From: Camelus ferus
Lineage: Eukaryota
Direction of reading: 5' to 3'
DNA length: 64,000 bases
Assembly: GCF_009834535.1 (NCBI RefSeq)
Contig: NC_045697.1
Coordinates: 102,674,001 to 102,738,000 of the forward strand
In this document: positions 10,854-23,469 of the stretch, piece by piece
How positions within the stretch are numbered: the first letter of the stretch is position 1
Layout of the letters: each line of letters starts with the position of its first letter
Notes under the pieces: generated by a model
What the model was told of the DNA's origin: nothing
The model's database searches: none
Seen by the model: only the letters and a program-made list of their open reading frames with translations
Position numbers and translations under genes: made by a program

Positions 10854-13154
10854 CAGTAATTACGTACATCTAGCAAGGGACATCGCTGCTTTATGACACT
10901 TCTCAAACCATCAGTAAGTAACTAAGTGGTCGCAAGAGTTAGAAAACAAAAGCAACCCCAAAACAGAGGGTGGAGGCAGCTGAAAAACTGTAAGTTGCTC
11001 AAAAGACTATCTTGGGTCAGTGAAAGGGAAAATCTGAGAACATTTTCTTAAAAGGGGGGAAAAAATAGAGGAAAACAGAGCTTGCAACTTCAGAACTCAG
11101 TTTGTGCCCAATCCAGTCTCTTTGTGTGGGATTTTCTTCATTCCAACACGTACCTCCCAGGACAAGCACAACAGTCATCCCTACATCATGTTCATCTTCT
11201 GAGGTAATACGTAGCCAACACAGCCTTCCTTGAGGAGACATGTGGGTCAGGGAGAAACACAGTGTGTATCTCCCATCCTGCAGGTCCAAAATGTTTATAC
11301 AGATAACATCTAGTGAAAACGAATAGTGATGGCCAACTTGCTGGGGAATAGAAAGGGTGCAGATGTAACCAAAGAACATGTGACTTGGGGAATGTGGAAG
11401 GAGGAAAGGGACTTTATAACCGCTTGCAAATTGTATGGTTCATTATCTTTTTCACTGGGTAGTAGGCACCACCTCCTTTGCCTGCTGTCATTACCTCACT
11501 GGGAAAATTCTGGCATCTGGTTCTCAGAACATCAGCATATGAACCTGCCAAATAACAAGTCTCTGTTACAGCAACACCAGAAACTATTTTTTGTGGCAAA
11601 TATGGCAGATGAAGGACCCCTCAGATTTCTCTTCCTGTTCCATTCTACATCTTTGGGTAACAGAATCTGTTATAATCTGACAGATGCCTGTAGAGTATGC
11701 AATGCTTTCTTTGAAAAAGAGCATTGAAATACCTGGAATAATGATCTTCTGTGGATTGCCTGACCTTCTTTTTATCTTTTAAATTCATTTCCATGTATTT
11801 CAAAGCCAAAAAGAAGGGAAACATTATTACTATTATGCTCTCCCTTACAGGAAAGACAAAGTACTGGTAGAAACCTCCATCCCCAGTCACTAGGTGTTTA
11901 GAGCAGCCCTGCTGTGGTCTTCTGGAAATCCTCTCCATGTGGTAGGTATTTGAAACTGTAAGGTGTAAGTACTGGAGAAAACCCAGCTCTTTTCTCAGTG
12001 AAATGACCTGTTATTCTGTGAAAAGAAAGGAGGTGTTTCTCTGAGACCACCATTACACCTGCTATGCTTTGCTGAAATTCAAACCACCCCCTCCTCCACC
12101 TCTCCACTGCTCACACCTGGGAGCTGGCTAGTGAAAACACGATTGGGCAGGGTGTGGAGGAAGGGTTAAAATAGAACCATCTTGGTTCCTGGGTAAATAA
12201 TTCTTGCCCATATCCATGGTTTTCGGTGTGTCATTGAATTGAGTTCTAACTACGTGGTAAAAGTATACTAACACTTGTGCTTTAATTTACACACACCAAA
12301 AAAATTTTTTTAAAAAGATATTTGGCAAGGCATTTTGTTTTTAACATTAGTGCAGTGCAGCCTAACAGTGTTCTTACTGTAGTCCTGCCCGAAAGTGATC
12401 ACTTTTCTGTACTTTTCCTATGACAAATTTATTTTCCCTATATGCTTTTGTTGGCTTGCAGCTCTGGCATGACTTGACTGACAATGAGCCAGAAGATCTG
12501 AGTTTGGGGAAAATGCACGGCTCTCAAGGCTTTGGCACATGGTCGATAAGTGCAGAGCAAATGCTCTGCGTTCAAGCAGAGCCCTGTGAGTTGGCCTCAT
12601 CAGCTCACCAAGGACAACACAGACATCAGATGGAAAATGATACACCCCACAACCTTAGGGACAGGAATCCAGGTTTTAAAAATTAGCTTTCCGATATTAA
12701 AACAATTAAACAATCGTTGAGGCCTCCATTGGCTTTATTAACTAAGCGATAGGTCATATGGTACTGGCTTTACTGAGTTCACATAGTTGCTTTCCTATAC
12801 GAGAGTTGACAGTGGTCCCCTCTGATGGTCTGCCTTTTCTCTAAGAAGTAGGAGGGGAGGCAATCAGCTCAGAGTGAGGACAGAAGTGGCAAGGGTTGAA
12901 AGAGATTATTCTAAACCATGGATTATAAAGGCATTTCAGCAGCAAATTCTTCAGAGAAGAAGGCATATGTAATCTGCAGTGACGATCTGACTAGGTAAGG
13001 TATTAGCATTTGAAATTTATCTTTTAACCTAATATGCTAGCATTTAATTATAAGCAATACACAAAGACTTAAATACTACATAGTCGATGCTATCAAGATG
13101 TGTTAGCATATACCCGGAAAAGAGATCCAAAGATTTCCAGTTCAACTGACAAAA

Positions 13155-13228
13155 GTGTGTGTGTGCCCACACACACACATACACGAAGTGGGTTTTGTTT
13201 TGTTTTGTTTGTTTGTTTGTTTGTTTTC
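13155..13228. repeat. Inverted (GT)n/(CA)n pair followed by (TTTG)n-like tract
   Basis: gtgtgtgtgtg-cc-cacacacacac, then ttttgttttgttttgtttgtttgtttgttt. Confidence 0.85.
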
Positions 13229-14250
13229 TTTATTCCCATTCTAACAAAAGCTGTCTTCATTAGAGTTCGAGTAGTTTCATGCAACAGGGGAATGGGTCTG
13301 ACACCTGGCATGGGATTAAGCCTATCACTAAACCAATAAGGAAGGCAATGATTTGTAACATTTTTCTGGACCACAACTGTCTGAGAGGTGCTAAACACTA
13401 AAACTTCTTCCCAGAATATTTTATATATTCTTGATAAATTACACCCAGAGTCAGTCCAGTGCATTATACTTGATTATTGACAGGCTCACTGATTTACCAC
13501 AAACCCTGCAGGTATATTGCTTGTTTTTACGTTTCTCCTTATCTGAAAAGTGGTTGATAGGAGTTGCTGCCTATTTTGAGTGATCAATGTCTTGGTTTAA
13601 TTTTTTCAAAATACTAGATAAAGATGAGCAAGACTAGTCTTTGCTTTCAACTTATAATGAACTGGTACAGAAATGATTCTGCCCATCTGCAAGCAAATAT
13701 GAGGATTATTTACGATCTGTGATCTAATTCTTTATCCTCTTAGAGAACAGCGAGCATGGCCTGTCCAGTATATAACAAGATATGGTAGGATGAAGACAGG
13801 AGTTCTAAAGCCAGAGAGAAGGAAAGAATGAATTAGAAAATAAGAAATCAAAAAAGGAAAAATACCTAAGGAGAGAGCATAGCAATTGTGAACAAATGAA
13901 AGAGAACATTAATTTCCTTAGGATTTAAACAGTGGTTATAGACTACCTTCTTTTTTCACTAGGTTTGACTTAATTTAAAATATTGGTATAAAATAGTATA
14001 ATGTGGTGTTATTCCCACAGGGAACTAGGAGAGTAAATTAATGCCAACTTGAAAGTAGGGTCATTATGTCAGGATGTCAGGCAACAGCTTTTTTGCTGAT
14101 ATTCCATTAGAAAAACTATCTATGTCTCCATTAAGAAATGCTCACTCAAAAGTGATGTGGCAATTTTTAGATATTCCCATTACCAGTAGAAACTTGGGAG
14201 GAAAAAACAAAGTCATGAGCTGTGGACACTGACTGTGTTTATATAAACCA

Positions 14251-14259
14251 TGGGTGGTC
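14251..14259 (-). promoter_or_regulatory. Perfect GLI consensus site (GACCACCCA)
   Basis: Plus strand reads TGGGTGGTC. Motif match only; function untested. Confidence 0.45.
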
Positions 14260-14309
14260 TTCTAGTATATTCAGTGTATCTTCCTCAATTTAGTTCTGAT
14301 GAAAGAGAA

Positions 14310-14710
14310 CTTTCCATCTAGACTGAACCATTTGCATTTCCCTAGTCATGCCTTCATTCCACTCCGTTCACTTGGAATATCTTTCCCACTCTTCCCCCAG
14401 AATTATTTCTACTCTACCTTTAATTCTGAATTTAGACATCACTCTGTCTGGGAAGTCCTCCCTGGCGCCACCTCGCCTGCTTATTCCTATCATGGTGTTC
14501 TCCCTTTTACCACTACATTTGGCACGTTGTAGTATAAATAACTGTTCACTTGTCTTCCTCCATCCCACTCCCCAAATCAGTCTGTCTGCTACTTGAAGGC
14601 AAGGTCCCTACTGTTTTCATCATTGTGTTCTTAATGTCTGACACAGAGTGAGTAATCAGTAATTGTTGGTTAACTAAATAGGTCAATGGGCAATAAATAA
14701 ACGAAAGAAG
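14310..14710 (+). mobile_element. L2 LINE 3' fragment
   Basis: cttggaatatctttccc...catcactctgtctgggaagtcctccctg...cttgaaggcaagg...tctgacacagagtgagtaatcagtaattgttgg. Confidence 0.7.
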
Positions 14711-14984
14711 AATGGGAGGGATGGAAGACGTCTGGGAGAAAAGGTGCCTAACGACGCTTACTCATAAAGCATAACCATAAAGGTTTCCTGTGTCTGTAAG
14801 AGAAGTGCCCCTTCTCACCATCTGTGAGTTATAAAAAGGGCGTTTATTGACAGACGTTGGCCATCCTCAGCATCCTCCATCTTCAAAGAGTAGCACAGAC
14901 TATCCAGTGTTCTTTGTAATTCAAGAATGATTCCACTCACTCACTCACAAGTAACCAATGTGACTCTGTGGTAAAGAAATTTGG

Positions 14985-15875
14985 AGAGACAATTAAATTT
15001 GTTTCCACCAAAGAGATATGGAGTAAGGGGAGATGTAATCTCTCCTGATGTTGATAAGGCATTTTGACTGTTTCACAAACAAAGTTAAAGACATTCAGAA
15101 AAACAGGTTTGGGGCCAAGTGTCTAATAAAGAAGTGAATGACTTAGATATGGGGGTTGCATTCAAAGGGCAATTACTAGTGATACATTAACAATTTGGAG
15201 AACATTTCCAAACTGTGTTTCACAGGGATAATCCCTACATTTCTGATCTTTACTAATGTTCAGAATAAAGGAATTGAAAATATGCAGTTTATATTCTGTC
15301 AAAAATAAATTTCAAATGACTGATGAAACGGGTAGGTATCTTATAAAATGTGGTGAAAAATGAAGACAAAAATGTGTATACTTAGAAACCAAAATAAATC
15401 ATTCATAGGTGGAATAAAGTACAACTGACAGGTAAACCTTAAGTACAAAAGTGAACAACTGGGAGATGAGGATCAAGACTAGATTTGACCATGAGTGAAA
15501 TGGGTTAGCAACATAATGCCCTAAACCAGTGTTCTCCAACCAGAGATAATTTTACCACATAGGTGTATTTGACAGTTTGTCTGGAGACATTTTTGACTGT
15601 CATGATTGGGGAGGGTGCTACTGGCATCTAGTGGGTAGAAACCAGGGAGATTACTACACGTCCTACACACAATGAAAGCTCCCCACAACAACTACCTGGT
15701 CCAAATTTCCAATGGTGCTTATGTTGAGAAACAAATGAAAAAAATTATGTGATATAAGAATGTATTAAAATAAATGATAGCAAGCATTTAAAGTTTCCCC
15801 TCAACAATATTCTGTACCAATTCCATATTAGAATTTTGTATCTTTCTTAGGGTATTGCCCTTTAAAAAAGTGTAA
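14985..15875 (+). mobile_element. Ancient CR1/L3 LINE reverse-transcriptase remnant, split by MER20
   Basis: gatgtaatctctcctgatgttgataaggcattt translates to DVISPDVDKAF (cf. CR1 DVIYLDFSKAFD). Beyond the MER20, ccatattagaattttgtatc...ccctttaaaaaag resembles the PHLEYCVQFW-P-FKK coding region. Confidence 0.55.
15527..15732. mobile_element. MER20 hAT-Charlie DNA transposon
   Basis: cagtgttctccaacc...gtctggagacatttttgactgtcatga...gtgctactggcatctagtgggtaga...gttgagaaac. Confidence 0.9.
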
Positions 15876-17129
15876 ATCTGTGATTGATTGGAAATAGACT
15901 GTGTTATGATTGCCCATATCTTGTTCTTCTGTTTATGCAAGGGCCATTTTGCTGTTACTCTTATTTCCCACCTATTAGAATATCTGGAAATAATTCATGC
16001 TTCTTTTGAAGATGAGTTCTGAGCCTTGGATTTGCATCAAGAAAATTAAAGATACCTGGACAAAAAAAAATGCCCATAAATACACTGTCTGATAAACAAA
16101 CTAAAAAAAGAAAGCTGAATAAAGTTTAAGCTGAATGTTCTGGAGAATTAAACCAGTTCTCAATTATGTGCTAAAAGAAAATCTCTAAAAGTTAAAACGC
16201 ATAGAAAAATATCAAATATACTGAAAATAAAAATACCACAGAAGTTTAAATGAAGGAGCCAAAAATCTTACATTACCAACATCAAACTATCCCGAAGGCT
16301 TAACATGTTTTAATAATATGCATTTTATAGTTAGAAATGTGGTGAAAAAAATGAAGAATGAGGGATTCCAAAGCAAAATAAACAAATTTTCAAATCACTT
16401 TAGAGTAGACAACGGTTAGAAAAGGGATAAGGTGCTGGAAATGAAGTTAAAAGTGATCATTTTAAAAAGTGGGAAATGACAAGCAAGTTTTTGTGGTGAG
16501 AAGAGTTTATTTTTGTGAAGCCACATTGAACAAAATGACACAGTGGAACCGTTTTGTGTGGTCCTGTTCATATTTCCATTGGATAGGCTCTGTGCTGATT
16601 CTACCATATGCTTTGCAGCCAAATATGACAAAATGTGACTTTAAGCAGAAATATGTATAAAATATTGTTTATTATTTAAATTCCAAAACAAGTATTACAT
16701 TCAGAATAAGAACCACATACTAGTTAAGTATTATAAAACACACCCTAAGAATGTATGGCCATAGTTTCAGTCTAAACATTTTCTAAATGTTCTTTGAAGA
16801 GAAAGTTTAATTTGTAATATTATTTAATTCATTAACCTGTTCAAAATCACAAATGTACCAAATTCTACTTTGATAATATATCATTCAATAACTAAGAGGG
16901 CATAATTTGTACTATTGTAGTGTAATGCAAATTGGAAATAGAGAAAAATGTAAGAAGTCATCAGATAAGTCTGTTTATCTCATATCCAGTAGTTCCAACC
17001 TCTTTCCCAACAAAATCTTTTCCCAGAAATACCAACACAAAATCAAGGATTTCCCTTAGAGTTTCCTTACCTAGGCAGTGGGGAAAGTATCAACTCTTGG
17101 ACAATTAGGAATTAACCATAGCATTTTCT

Positions 17130-19200
17130 AAATCAATGCCTTTTTCAATACTGAAAAATTCTCTGCCATTATCTCTTCATATGTGGGACTTGCTAATTCT
17201 CTCTAACCCTTCTATCTCTTCTGAAACTCCTCATCAACTTCATCAGACTCTTGAAATTATGTAGAAAATAAAATGTGGAGTTACAAACAAAAATTATAAT
17301 AATCCTAGCTTTTAGACCAATACATTTTTAAAGTGTATTAGTCTCTTAAATTATGTGGAAAACAAAAAAAAAATGGAGTCATAGACTATTGTTACAATAA
17401 TACTAACTTTAATAACTGCCCATATGTTTATCTTTATTAAGATATTTATTTCTTCATACAGCTTCAAGTTATTGTCTAGTGTCCTTCTGTTTCAACCTGC
17501 AGGACTCCCTTTAGGATTTCTTGCAGGGCAGGTCTAGTGGTAAAGAACTCCCTCAGATTTTGTTTATCTGGGAATGTCTTAATTTCTCCCTCACTTTTCA
17601 AGGACAGTTTTGCTGGATATAGGATTCTTGGGATTTTTGGTTGACAGATTCTTTCGTTTAACACTTAAATATATCTACTCATTGCCTTCTGGTCTCCAAA
17701 TTTTCTGATAATAAATATGGTGATAATCTTATTGAGGATCTCTTGTGTGTGACAATTTGCTTTTCTCCTTGCTTGCAAGATTCTCTTTGTCTTTGACGTC
17801 TGACAATTTGATTATAATGTATATCAGTGTGGATCTCTTTGATTTCATGCTACTTGGATTTCATTGACCTTTCATGTTTATCTTCTTGTCTTTCAACAAA
17901 TTTTGAAGATTTTCAGCCATTATTTCTTCAAATAATCTCTCATTCCTTTCTTTCCCTCTTTTCCTTCTGGTGCTCCCACAATGTATAAGCTGGTTCACTT
18001 GATGATGTCCCACAGGTACCTTAGGTTCTGTTCACTTTTCTTTCATCTTTTTTTTTTTTTCTGTTCCTCAGATTTGATAATTTCCATTGTCCTATTTTGA
18101 AGTTTGCTGAATCTTTCTATGCCTGTTCAAATCTGCCTTTGAATCCCTTCAGTAAGTTTTGCATTTCAGTCATTGTAATTTTCAGCTCTAAAATTTCCCT
18201 TTAGCATCTTCAAAATTTTTCACTTTATTGGTATTTTCATTTTGTTCATACATTGTTTTCATGACTTTATCCATATCTTCCTTTAGCTCTTTAAGCATTT
18301 TTACAACAGCTGTTTTAAAATCTTTGTCTAGTATGTCTGCCTTCTGGTCTTTCCAAGGATAGTTTCTGTTTACTTCTTTTGAATGGGCAATACTTCCCTG
18401 TTGCTTTATATTCTTTGAGGTTTTCTTTTGTTGAAAAATGGATATTTGAAGCTAATAATGTTGTATCTCTCATATAAGATTCTTCTCCTTCCTCAAGAGT
18501 TTGCTGATTTTCATTTTTTTTTTTTTGTTCTGTTTTGATTGTTATAGGCTATCTCCTTGCTGAAGATCAGCCTGAGGTATAAACTTAAAGTCTTTGTAGG
18601 TCTTTTATGAGCCTGTGCCTTTCCTTTGGACATGTGTAATGACTTTCTAATTTTCTCTGGGTATGCAGCTGCTTTTGAATGTCCTAGTCTTCAATGTCAG
18701 GCTCCCAAATGGTGAAAAAGAGAAAAAGGAAGGTGGGTAAAATAAAAGGGGGTGCCAAATCACTACATCCCCTGGAAGTCGCTTGAGTCAGAGTGGGGAG
18801 GCTTGTAACAATGAAGTGGGGTTGCAAATAATAGATGGCCACCTCTGTGTCTGCAATTCCACAATAAGGAACAGTAATCAGAACACAGATCTTCAATATT
18901 TAGAGGACAGAGTCCTTAATGCCTATTCTGGCTACTGAAAGTTGCACACAAGCTTCTCCAAGATCAAGTGCACAGCTGCCCTGCCTTGGCTGGGGACTGG
19001 AAGATGGGGGAGCTGCTACAGTGCTGAGTTGAAACTGATTGAAATTAACTGAAATCTATTATTCAAGTCTTTCCCTGGAAGATGTAAGCCTTCAATAGAC
19101 TCCAGAGTTCCAAAGTAGTTACATCTGTCAGTGTAACTGCTGTCCAGGTGAGAGGACACATTTCCACTGCTTCCTACTCTGTCATCTTCCCAGAATCCTC
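17130..19200 (-). mobile_element. Decayed L1 (5' UTR/ORF1 region)
   Basis: ORF 17476-17664 gives RILYPAKLSLKSEGEIKTFPDKQNLREFFTTRPALQEILKGVL, the L1 ORF1p C-terminal domain. Confidence 0.9.
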
Positions 19201-19584
19201 CTTCCCAGTTAAGTATTTTTAAGAAATACAGAGTCTGCAAATATCAAAATTGCTGTGAACTGAGGTGTTTTCTTTCTTTTAAAGTAAAAAAAAAAAAAAA
19301 AAAAGCTAACATAACCAACTGTTTTTACTTGGAAGAAATTCTAGAGTGCAAATGCATTTATATGGAATACTGCTTCATGACATCATCAAAAAACCATGGT
19401 CTGACTTCACATGATTCCTATAAACATACAAACATTATTCCTAATGATGCCAAGATTTTGTGATTCAAAAAGTAGAGTGAAAGGGGAGCGAAATGAGATC
19501 TTTAAGAGAAATTTACATGCATATGCAAGACTCTGAAAGAGCTGAAGTTCACAGTATATCTTGGAACACAAATGGAATGTAACT

Positions 19585-19865
19585 TATTCATTCACTCCTT
19601 CATTCATTCAACAAACAAGTTTATTGTGTGCCACTATGTCCCAAGCACCATCCTAGATATTAAATATACAACAGTGAACAAAAGCACAACGTCCTTACAT
19701 TCTGACAGCCACAAAAATAGTAGACACAATAAATAAATTATACACTGTTTTCAAAGGCAGTGCACTGGAGAAAATATAAAGCAGGAAAAGGGAATGAGAA
19801 GTGTCAGGGTGGGGAAAAGTATTTCTACTTCTTCTGCAGTGTTTAGGGAAACCCTCACTGTAGTA
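19585..19865 (-). mobile_element. L2 LINE 3' end
   Basis: attcattcactccttcattcattcaacaaacaagtttattgtgtgccactatgtcccaagcacc. Confidence 0.85.
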
Positions 19866-20308
19866 AATAATCTCATATATCTGAATCATAGTTAATTCAG
19901 TCAGTAGTCAAACCTTCCTTTCAATCAGTTAATGTGCAATACCCAAATTAGCTTAACTTTCTCCACCTGGAGATTCTTTTTGATCTTTTTTCCTTATTAA
20001 ATTAAAATGTACCAAAAAGCTGTGCTTGTTGCTTAGTGGGTCAGGCAGTATGATTTACAAAAACCTGAATAAACACCCCTCCACCCCCACGCCAGAGGTG
20101 TATGCAATTATTAGAGTGATTCTTTAAAGGACTTGTTAAAATGCCAAAATAGTGCCACAGAAAACACGTCAAATAAAGATTTAAGTTTTCTTTATGAAAA
20201 AAAAAAAAAAGTGTTTAACGAGGGTTTATGGGGTTTTACAAAAACACCTTAACACCTTACAGACCTAAGGGGGAAAAAGCTCTATTTAAGTATCATGCAG
20301 CAATAGCA

Positions 20309-20317
20309 GACCACCCA
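20309..20317 (+). promoter_or_regulatory. Perfect GLI consensus site (GACCACCCA)
   Basis: gcaGACCACCCAatg in repeat-free sequence. Motif match only. Confidence 0.5.
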
Positions 20318-21049
20318 ATGCTGATGACTAGAAGCCTCAAACAGACCCATCCTTGGGAGCCTACGTGGAGACCCTAATTTTATGGTCATTTTAATTGTAT
20401 TTGGGTTATTACCTCATACCCCAGCAAACACCTACAGTATTTAATAAAAATGAGCACAGAACACTGTTCTAGTTAAAGTATGTATTAACCAAAATCATAA
20501 ACTAAGTATGCTTCACCATAAATTAACTGGGTGTTTAGTGTTTCTTTGCCTTTAAGTTATATTTATTTTCCTTATAACATGGTGTGCTTCACTATGTACC
20601 AAATCAATGTTAACTGACTTAGCATTTAGGTACACTCCACTATCTCTAGCTCATACACCCACAAACACACCTGCCCTGCAGATTATAAAGCGACAATACA
20701 GTTAATCCACCCTCCAGATATTCAAAAGAATGACTATAAAGATCACTGGGGCTGAAAAGGAAATAAATCTTTTTTTTTCTTGAAAAAAAAAAAACTTCAT
20801 TTTATATTTTTCTAGAGACTAGTTGTAATGCTAATACATCAAAGTTGATTTGATACTAAAAGTTGAGGTCTTTCTCTGCAGAACAAAAGGAAATATCTTG
20901 AAAAACTAAACTCCTTCATTTCACCTTTGTCCAGAGTCTAGAAAATGGATTCTTAATGTTTTGTTTCCATGCTCTGCAGGAAAAAATTAGCAGATGAAGA
21001 CAGCATACAGAATTTAGAATTGTTGTTCTTTACCTCCACCACTGTCTGT

Positions 21050-22170
21050 GTAGATATTCCAGCACAACTCCCTTTATTACCTATTTGTAGCTTCTATTTC
21101 CTTACCTGGTCACTCCATAACTCATTAAATTCAGATCTGCACACTCTTTCCCCTGGAACATCACACTGAAAGAATTCATTTACATCCCCGCAAATCTCCT
21201 AATTGCCAAAATTGCTGGTCTCTTTTCAGTCCCAATCGATTTGACTTCTCTGTAACTTACCTTATAGAGCACTTCTTTTTCCATGAAACCCTCTCTGACT
21301 TGGGTTTCCACACCATCAGCATTCTGAATCCCATCCTACAGTCTCAGAGCCCCTTCCCAGTCTCCTATACTGGCTTCTTTTTCTCTGAGCATCTTTTAAT
21401 TACCAATGATCTTATATCAGCCTGAGCATTCTTTTCTTTTCACTCTGCAAATACTCCCTGAGTGATTCCATCAATCCTTGTCTACTGACTACACGGTTAC
21501 AACTCAGACTGAAAGTGTGATGTCCCACCCTCCAAGAAAAACCCAGTCCTCTCCCAGTGTTCCTGGTCTCAGTAAAGACAGATACAACCAACAGGTGCCA
21601 GAAACCTAGATGTCAGAATTCTCTCTTTCCTTTACCTGCCATACCAGATTTAGCAATGAAAAATACAGGATTCTCAACTAAATTTTAAGTTCAGTAAACA
21701 ATGAATAATTTTTGTATTAATATTTCCCAAATATTGAAATTTAACTATGTTTTATTTGGCAATCCAACATCTAATCAAACATCAAGCTCCTAAATATTTC
21801 TCAAATCTTTTCTGTCCCTTTACTTCCCATTGCCTTCAGACTAGACCTAGCCACCACTGTCTCTTAGATCTCTAAAATAACCTCCCAACCAGACACCCTA
21901 AATGCTCCATGTTCCCCCCAAATCCACTCTCTGTACAGCAGAGTATCTTTTAAAAGACATGAATGGTGTCATGATGTCCTTCCCCTTCTTCCCCTCAACA
22001 AATTCCTTGTTATTAACATCTCAACATTGGCCTCCACCTAGTCCTCTAGCCTACTTTTTAGTAATTCTACTGAGTTTATTGTGTTTAGTCTACGATTATC
22101 TTATTCTCACTCTTCAAACTCTTTTAGAGACTTCCTGCCTTCACGCAGACTATTTCCACTGCCTTAGACT
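21050..22170 (+). mobile_element. L2 LINE fragments
   Basis: ctcctaattgccaaa...tttgacttctctg...gaaaccctctc...gccagaaacctagatgtc...cctaaatatttctcaaatc. Confidence 0.65.
21640..21766. mobile_element. MER53-like palindromic MITE (internally deleted) inserted in L2
   Basis: ccagatttagcaatgaaaaatacagga...gtaaacaatgaataattttt...aaatttaact...ttttatttggcaatcc. Confidence 0.7.
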
Positions 22171-22189
22171 TTATAGATCACTGACAACA

Positions 22190-23452
22190 GAATTTTTAAA
22201 GTAATTTATTGAGCTGAAATTCACATAGAATAAAATTAACCATTCTAAAGTGAGCAATTCAGTGGCATCTAGTACATTTACAGTGTTGTACAACCCTACC
22301 TCTATATTGTTTTAAAACATTGCCATCACTCCAAAATAAAACCCTTTACCCAGCAAGCAATTTATCCCTATTCCCCTGTCTCCTCATGTCCCGGCATCTG
22401 TCAAAATGCTCTCTGTCTCTGGGGATGTGCATATTCTAGACACTTCATATAAATAGAACCATACAATATGTGGCCTTTAGTGTCTGGCTTCTCTCATTTA
22501 GCATAATGTTTTAGAGGTTCATTCATGTTGTGTTCTTCATTCCCTTCTTGGGGCTGAATAATATTCCATTGTATGTATATTCCCCGATTTGTTCATCCAT
22601 TCATTTGTTGATGGACATTGGGCTATCTCCATCTTTTGGATATTGCAAATAATGCTGCTTTGAAGGTGTTTGTACATGTACTTGTTCGAATACTCGCTTT
22701 TAGTTTCTTTGGGGTATACACCTAGGCAGGGAATTGAGAGTCATACAGTAACTCTGTAGCTTAACTCAACTTTTGGAGAATCACTAAATGGTTTTCCACA
22801 GCAGTGGAACTATTTTACATTCCTATCAGTAATGTATGAGAGTTCCAAATGCTTCACATCCTCATCAGTACTTGTTCTTATCTGACATTTTGATGATAGT
22901 CATCCTACTGGGTGTGAAGTGGTATCTCACATGGCTTTGATTTGCATTCCCCAGTGACTAATGATTTGGAGCATCTTTTTATATGCTTGTTGGCCATTTG
23001 TCTGCTTTGGAGTAATGTTTATTCAAGTCCTTTGCCTATTTTTTAAACTGGGTTGTTTGTCTTTTTGCTGCTGAGTTGGAAGATTTCTTTATACATTCTG
23101 GATACTAAACTTTTATCAGATATGTACTTTGCAAATATTTCCTCCCATTCTGTAGGTTGTCTTTCCACTTTCTTGATAATGCCTTTTGATGCACAAAGGT
23201 TTTTTAACTTTAATTAAGTCTAATTTATCTATTTTTTCTTTTGTTGCTTGTGCTTTTGGTTTTATATGTAAGAATCAATTGTCAAATCCATAGTCATGAA
23301 GATTGATCCCTACATTTTCTTCTAAGAGTTTTATGGCTTTAGCTTTTATGTTCAGGTCATTGAGCCATTTTGAGTTAATTTTTATATGTGGTGTGAGATA
23401 AATGTCCAACTTGATTTTTTGCATGTAAATACCCAGTTGTCCCAGCACTATA
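22190..23452 (-). mobile_element. L1 (L1M-type) ORF2 3' end and 3' UTR
   Basis: ORF 23275-23481 gives [35 protein letters not shown] (L1 ORF2p); typical 3' UTR follows to 22190. Confidence 0.92.
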
Positions 23453-23469
23453 GGAGAATTTTTTCCTAT

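Noticed and set aside
17476..17664. ORF with L1 ORF1p similarity as a possible domesticated gene (L1TD1-like)
   Set aside because: Only ~60 codons inside a decayed L1, with no extended open frame.
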